NCBI GenBank assembly: GCA_050186075.1
Contig: JBFWYU010000012.1
Coordinates: forward strand, 41,420 to 105,419
Direction of reading: 5' to 3'
DNA length: 64,000 nucleotides
DNA from: Bacteroidia bacterium
GTDB lineage: Bacteria; Bacteroidota; Bacteroidia; SXHM01
Of the stretch, positions 60,521 through 64,000 are shown in pieces. Within the stretch, counting starts at the first letter, position 1. Each line of letters begins with the position of its first letter. The position numbers and the translations under genes are program-made. The notes under the pieces are model-generated. The model did not search any database, had not been told where the DNA came from, and saw nothing but the letters and a program-made list of their open reading frames with translations.

Positions 60521-61627
60521 TCAGTTTTTTCGGTCAGTTGCTAATTTTATTACTTCGTTTGCTATCACTTGGTCAGCATTTGCCAATGCTAATTCTCCAA
60601 TGTTTTTTTTGAGTAACTCTTGTCTTGCTTCATCATTCATCAACAAGAGAATTTCGTTTAACAGTTTTTCTTTTGCTTCGCTGTCTTTAATCAGAATGGC
60701 AGCTTCTTTGGTGACTAATGCCATTGCGTTTTTTGTCTGGTGGTCTTCCGCAGCAAAAGGAAATGGAATAAGAATAGCTGGCTTCTTAACTATACACAAT
60801 TCCGAAATTGAACTTGCTCCGGCTCTTGATACTACTACATCTGCAACCGTATAAGCCAAATCCATTTTGGTAACGAAATCGTGCGCTTTAATTGTGTTGT
60901 TATTCTCTACTGCTTTCTTAGCAGTCGGGAAAAAGAGCTTTCCGGTTTGCCATAAAACCTGAAATTTTTCTCCTGACAGTTTTTCAATACTTGCTGCAAT
61001 GCTTTCATTAATTGTTTTAGCACCAAGACTTCCGCCAATTATCAGCAATGTTTTTTTGCTTGCATCCAATCCGAAAAATTCAATTGCCTGCTCACGCTTT
61101 CCTTGTAAATTCAATATATCCTGACGCACCGGATTTCCTGTTATTTTTATTTTATCGGCAGGAAAAAACTTGTCCATGTCATTGTAAGCAACACAAATTC
61201 TGTTTGCTTTTTTACCTAGCATTTTATTGGTTATCCCAGCATAAGAATTTTGTTCTTGAATAAGCGTTGGTACATTTTTCAACTGTGCTGCATACAGCAA
61301 TGGGCCGCTTGCAAAACCGCCAACACCTACTGCTACATCAGGCTTAAACTCATTAATAATTTGCATGGAACGCCAAACGCTTTTTAACAAACGCAATGGG
61401 AAGGCAAGATTTTTCAAAGAAAGGCTACGGTCAATTCCGCTGATGTCAAGTCCTTCAATTTTATAACCAGCTGCCGGAACTTTTTCCATTTCCATTTTTC
61501 CTTTTGCGCCAACAAATAATATTTCAGTCTGTGCATTCATTTTTTTTATCGCGTTGGCAATTGCAATTGCCGGAAAAATATGTCCGCCCGTTCCTCCGCC
61601 ACTGATGATTACCCTAAGCGATTGCAT
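60521..61627 (-). CDS. murG: Undecaprenyldiphospho-muramoylpentapeptide beta-N-acetylglucosaminyltransferase
   Basis: RVIISGGGTGGHIFPAIAIA and SRAGASSISEL. Start placed at ATG 61627 (MQSLRVII...), giving a 14-nt overlap with ftsW; the track start at 61666 is probably an extension. Confidence 0.9.
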   Translation of the reverse strand: MQSLRVIISGGGTGGHIFPAIAIANAIKKMNAQTEILFVGAKGKMEMEKVPAAGYKIEGLDISGIDRSLSLKNLAFPLRLLKSVWRSMQIINEFKPDVAVGVGGFASGPLLYAAQLKNVPTLIQEQNSYAGITNKMLGKKANRICVAYNDMDKFFPADKIKITGNPVRQDILNLQGKREQAIEFFGLDASKKTLLIIGGSLGAKTINESIAASIEKLSGEKFQVLWQTGKLFFPTAKKAVENNNTIKAHDFVTKMDLAYTVADVVVSRAGASSISELCIVKKPAILIPFPFAAEDHQTKNAMALVTKEAAILIKDSEAKEKLLNEILLLMNDEARQELLKKNIGELALANADQVIANEVIKLATDRKN

Positions 61628-62810
61628 ATTCTTCGTCTGTTTTAGTTTCGCCTTCTTCAATCGCACGACTCACGCTTAATATAATACCAACTGCAATGCT
61701 TGTAAACCATAATGATGTTCCACCCATGCTTATAAATGGCAATGGTTGTCCGGTTACCGGAAAAAGGTTTACCGCAACCGCCATATTTATCAATCCCTGA
61801 AAAATCAACATGAAACAACAACCCAAAGCCAGCAAGGCTGCAAACGTGTTCGGACTTTTCACAACAATTTTTACTCCGCGGAAAAGAAGAATCAGGTAAG
61901 CAAGCAAAACAAGAACGCCACCAATTAAGCCATATTCTTCAATCACAATTGCGTAAATAAAATCAGAATACGGATGTGGTAAAAAGTTGCGTTGATCACT
62001 ATTCCCAGGCCCTTTCCCGAACAATCCACCTGTTGCAATTGCAATTTTTGCCTGATCTGATTGAAAGCTTGCATCACTTATTGCAGCAGTATCTTCTTCG
62101 CCTTCTGCGGAAGTAAAATAAGTTTCAACGCGCGCTTTCCAAGTTTCCATACGCGGGAAAACCTTTTCAACCGGAACCACATAAGATATTCCAACAAGAA
62201 ACGCAAAACCCAATATCGCACAGCCCACAAGCGACAGCAGGTGTTTAACATTCACTCTTCCTATAAACATCAAAATCAAACACGTGATGAATAAAATTGC
62301 TGCAGTAGAAAAGTTTGCGGGGAGAATTAATCCGCAGATAACAACAATAGGAACAATCATTGGTAAAAAAGCTGATTTTAAATCCTTGATCTCATCCTGC
62401 TTCACGGCTAGCAACCGGGCGAGATAGGTAATGAGTGCAATTTTTGCAAAGTCGGAAGTCTGAAATGTAAGGTCAATAATTGGTATGCTTATCCAGCGAT
62501 TTGCAGAGTTAAGATTTACTCCCATTGCCAGTGTATAGATTAGCATAGGAATTGCTAATATCATCGCCAGTTGCGATAGTCGCGAGAACCATGTGTATTT
62601 GATGCGGTGCGTTCCATACATTATTACTAATCCCAGCACCAGAATAAAGAAATGTTTGAACAAAAAATATTCTGTGTTTCCTCCGCGCGTTCTGAATGCA
62701 AGCATCCCTGATGAACTGTAAACAGCCATTACTGAAATGACAGAAAGAAACAACACCGTGAGCCAAATCACTTTGTCGCCTTTCAGATATTTTAAAATAT
62801 TACTTGTCAT
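61614..62810 (-). CDS. ftsW: FtsW/RodA/SpoVE family peptidoglycan glycosyltransferase (FtsW by context)
   Basis: Ten-TM pattern, PHPYSDFIYAIVIEEYGLIGG and PLPFISMGGTS. Confidence 0.85.
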   Translation of the reverse strand: MTSNILKYLKGDKVIWLTVLFLSVISVMAVYSSSGMLAFRTRGGNTEYFLFKHFFILVLGLVIMYGTHRIKYTWFSRLSQLAMILAIPMLIYTLAMGVNLNSANRWISIPIIDLTFQTSDFAKIALITYLARLLAVKQDEIKDLKSAFLPMIVPIVVICGLILPANFSTAAILFITCLILMFIGRVNVKHLLSLVGCAILGFAFLVGISYVVPVEKVFPRMETWKARVETYFTSAEGEEDTAAISDASFQSDQAKIAIATGGLFGKGPGNSDQRNFLPHPYSDFIYAIVIEEYGLIGGVLVLLAYLILLFRGVKIVVKSPNTFAALLALGCCFMLIFQGLINMAVAVNLFPVTGQPLPFISMGGTSLWFTSIAVGIILSVSRAIEEGETKTDEEYAIA

Positions 62811-62825
62811 TTCTTAATTCAGCAC

Positions 62826-63392
62826 TTATGCTTTCAGAGAGTTTTTTAGGTTGCTAACAGCGACTCTGAATTTATTTCCACGGTCTTCATAACTCGTAAA
62901 TAAATCATAGCTGGCGCAGGCAGGAGAAAGTAACACAGTGTCACCTTTCAGCGCAAGGCTGTTGGATTGTTTTACAGCTTCTTCTGCAGTATCGGCAGCA
63001 ACAATCAAATCAACATCGCTCATAAAGGTTTTGAAAACTTTGCGGTTTTCTTTTCCCAGGCAGATAATTACTTTCACTTTGTCGCGCACTATTTCTTTCA
63101 ACATAGAATAGTCGCTTCTGTCATCAACTCCACCAACAATCCAGATCAATGGACGGTCAATGCTTTCCAGTGAATACCAAGCAAGGTCAACAGTGGTTGC
63201 TTTAGAGTCGTTTATGTAATCCACACCGTTTATTTCGGTAATGAATTCCAAACGGTGTTCCGTGCTTTCAATGTCGTTGAGACTTTCACGGATGATGTTA
63301 TTTCTTAATTCAAGAAAGTTATTGTATTCATCATTTTTCTTTGCTAACTCTTTCCTGATAAGGGCTTCGCGGTTTGATGGATTTTCTTGCAT
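62826..63392 (-). CDS. Stand-alone MurD C-terminal-domain paralogue (188 aa; Mur ligase C domain only)
   Basis: From aa 34 onward it aligns with the C-terminal domain of the adjacent murD, about 56 percent identity by hand alignment over 149 aa. It retains EHRLE, INDSKAT, WIVGGVD, GDTVLLSPACASYDLF and YEDRG. It lacks the N-terminal and central ATPase domains. Confidence 0.6.
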   Translation of the reverse strand: MQENPSNREALIRKELAKKNDEYNNFLELRNNIIRESLNDIESTEHRLEFITEINGVDYINDSKATTVDLAWYSLESIDRPLIWIVGGVDDRSDYSMLKEIVRDKVKVIICLGKENRKVFKTFMSDVDLIVAADTAEEAVKQSNSLALKGDTVLLSPACASYDLFTSYEDRGNKFRVAVSNLKNSLKA

Positions 63393-63436
63393 AGTTTCTA
63401 GTTTAGGTTGTTATTGATTTTGGTTTCAGGTAATCT

Positions 63437-64000
63437 CTATAGTTGTTGAACAGCTTTTTTGAACTGACGTCCACGGTCTTCGTAGTTTTCAAATAAATCA
63501 AAACTCGCGCAGGCAGGGGCAAGCAGGACAGTATCGCCTTTTTTGCCGAGACGATAAGATGCTTTTACAGCTTCTGATGCACTGGTTGTGTCAACAATCG
63601 TTTCCACTACATTTTTAAATGTGTCGTGAATTTTTTTGTTGTCAACGCCAAGACAAACAATCGCTTTTACTTTCAGGCGAACAAGATCCATCACCATCTC
63701 ATAATTGTTGCCTTTGTCAACACCGCCAACAATCCAGATGATAGGTGTGTTAATGCTTTCCAGTGCATACCACGCAGAGTTGATGTTGGTTGCTTTCGAG
63801 TCATTGATAAACTCAATGCCGTGAACTTTTGATACTTTTTCAAGCCGATGTTCTACGTTTTGAAAATCGCTCAGGCTTTCTCTGATGCTTTCTTTGCGCA
63901 GGTCAAGCAGTCGTCCTACAATGCCTGCTGCCATGGTGTTGTAGATGTTGTGTTTTCCCTGTAATGCTAGTTCATGTATTGACATAGTGAAGGTTTGGTT
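63437..64000 (-). CDS. murD: UDP-N-acetylmuramoylalanine--D-glutamate ligase, 3' part (gene continues beyond the window end)
   Basis: The frame stays open upstream of the track's Met (NQTFT-MSIHELALQGKHNIYNTMAAG). Motifs GKHN..N..AA, VEHRLE, INDSKATN, WIVGGVDKG, LLAPACASFDLFENYEDRG. Confidence 0.85.
   Translation of the reverse strand, partial: NQTFTMSIHELALQGKHNIYNTMAAGIVGRLLDLRKESIRESLSDFQNVEHRLEKVSKVHGIEFINDSKATNINSAWYALESINTPIIWIVGGVDKGNNYEMVMDLVRLKVKAIVCLGVDNKKIHDTFKNVVETIVDTTSASEAVKASYRLGKKGDTVLLAPACASFDLFENYEDRGRQFKKAVQQL

Noticed and set aside
1-64000. Searched by eye for tRNA, rRNA, transposase, integrase and prophage genes.
   Set aside because: No cloverleaf-like conserved tRNA segments, rRNA-like tracts or IS-type terminal inverted repeats with transposase ORFs were recognised. 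All long ORFs are accounted for by the calls above. A tRNAscan/Infernal run would be needed to be certain about small RNAs.

Overview
This is a Bacteroidota-type chromosomal segment. The markers are T9SS C-terminal sorting domains, a PorP/SprF gene, a DUF5686 protein, TAnnTTTG-type -7 boxes and an FtsZ ending in NNSFLHDNVD.

The left half (about 1-37.4 kb) is an accessory cell-surface island:
- A nucleotide-sugar dehydrogenase.
- Two tandem ~940-aa TMTC-like (GT-C + TPR) membrane proteins.
- A 2930-aa Ig-repeat T9SS adhesin.
- An HTTM (VKGC/SdpB-like) membrane protein and a secreted LRR protein.
- A colinear 3655-aa paralogous adhesin.
- A non-coding array of eight 42-bp units, each carrying an 18-bp palindrome.
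- A lamin-tail-domain protein with a type-B T9SS sorting domain, convergent on a five-gene minus-strand operon that ends in a CTD-tagged phosphoesterase and PorP/SprF.

The right half is core housekeeping:
- pdhA, glyQS, pdhB, rnhB, kynU and hemL.
- A CrtI-like oxidoreductase, LysE and a VapBC pair.
- TauE, a PaaE-like reductase, RNase D and DUF2461.
- The distal dcw cluster murD-(extra MurD C-domain ORF)-ftsW-murG-murC-ftsQ-ftsA-ftsZ.

The most interesting items are:
1. The TMTC-like / HTTM / LRR accessory genes arranged as two modules, each in front of a giant Thr/Ser/Cys-rich adhesin. This may be a dedicated cargo-modification system.
2. The 42-bp palindromic array.
3. About 570 bp of strictly 21-bp-periodic DNA between paaE-like and rnd.
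4. A diverged but intact stand-alone MurD C-terminal-domain gene inside the dcw cluster.

I recognised no rRNA, tRNA, CRISPR array, transposase or integrase. All family calls come from motif recognition by eye; no database search or computation beyond hand counting was possible.
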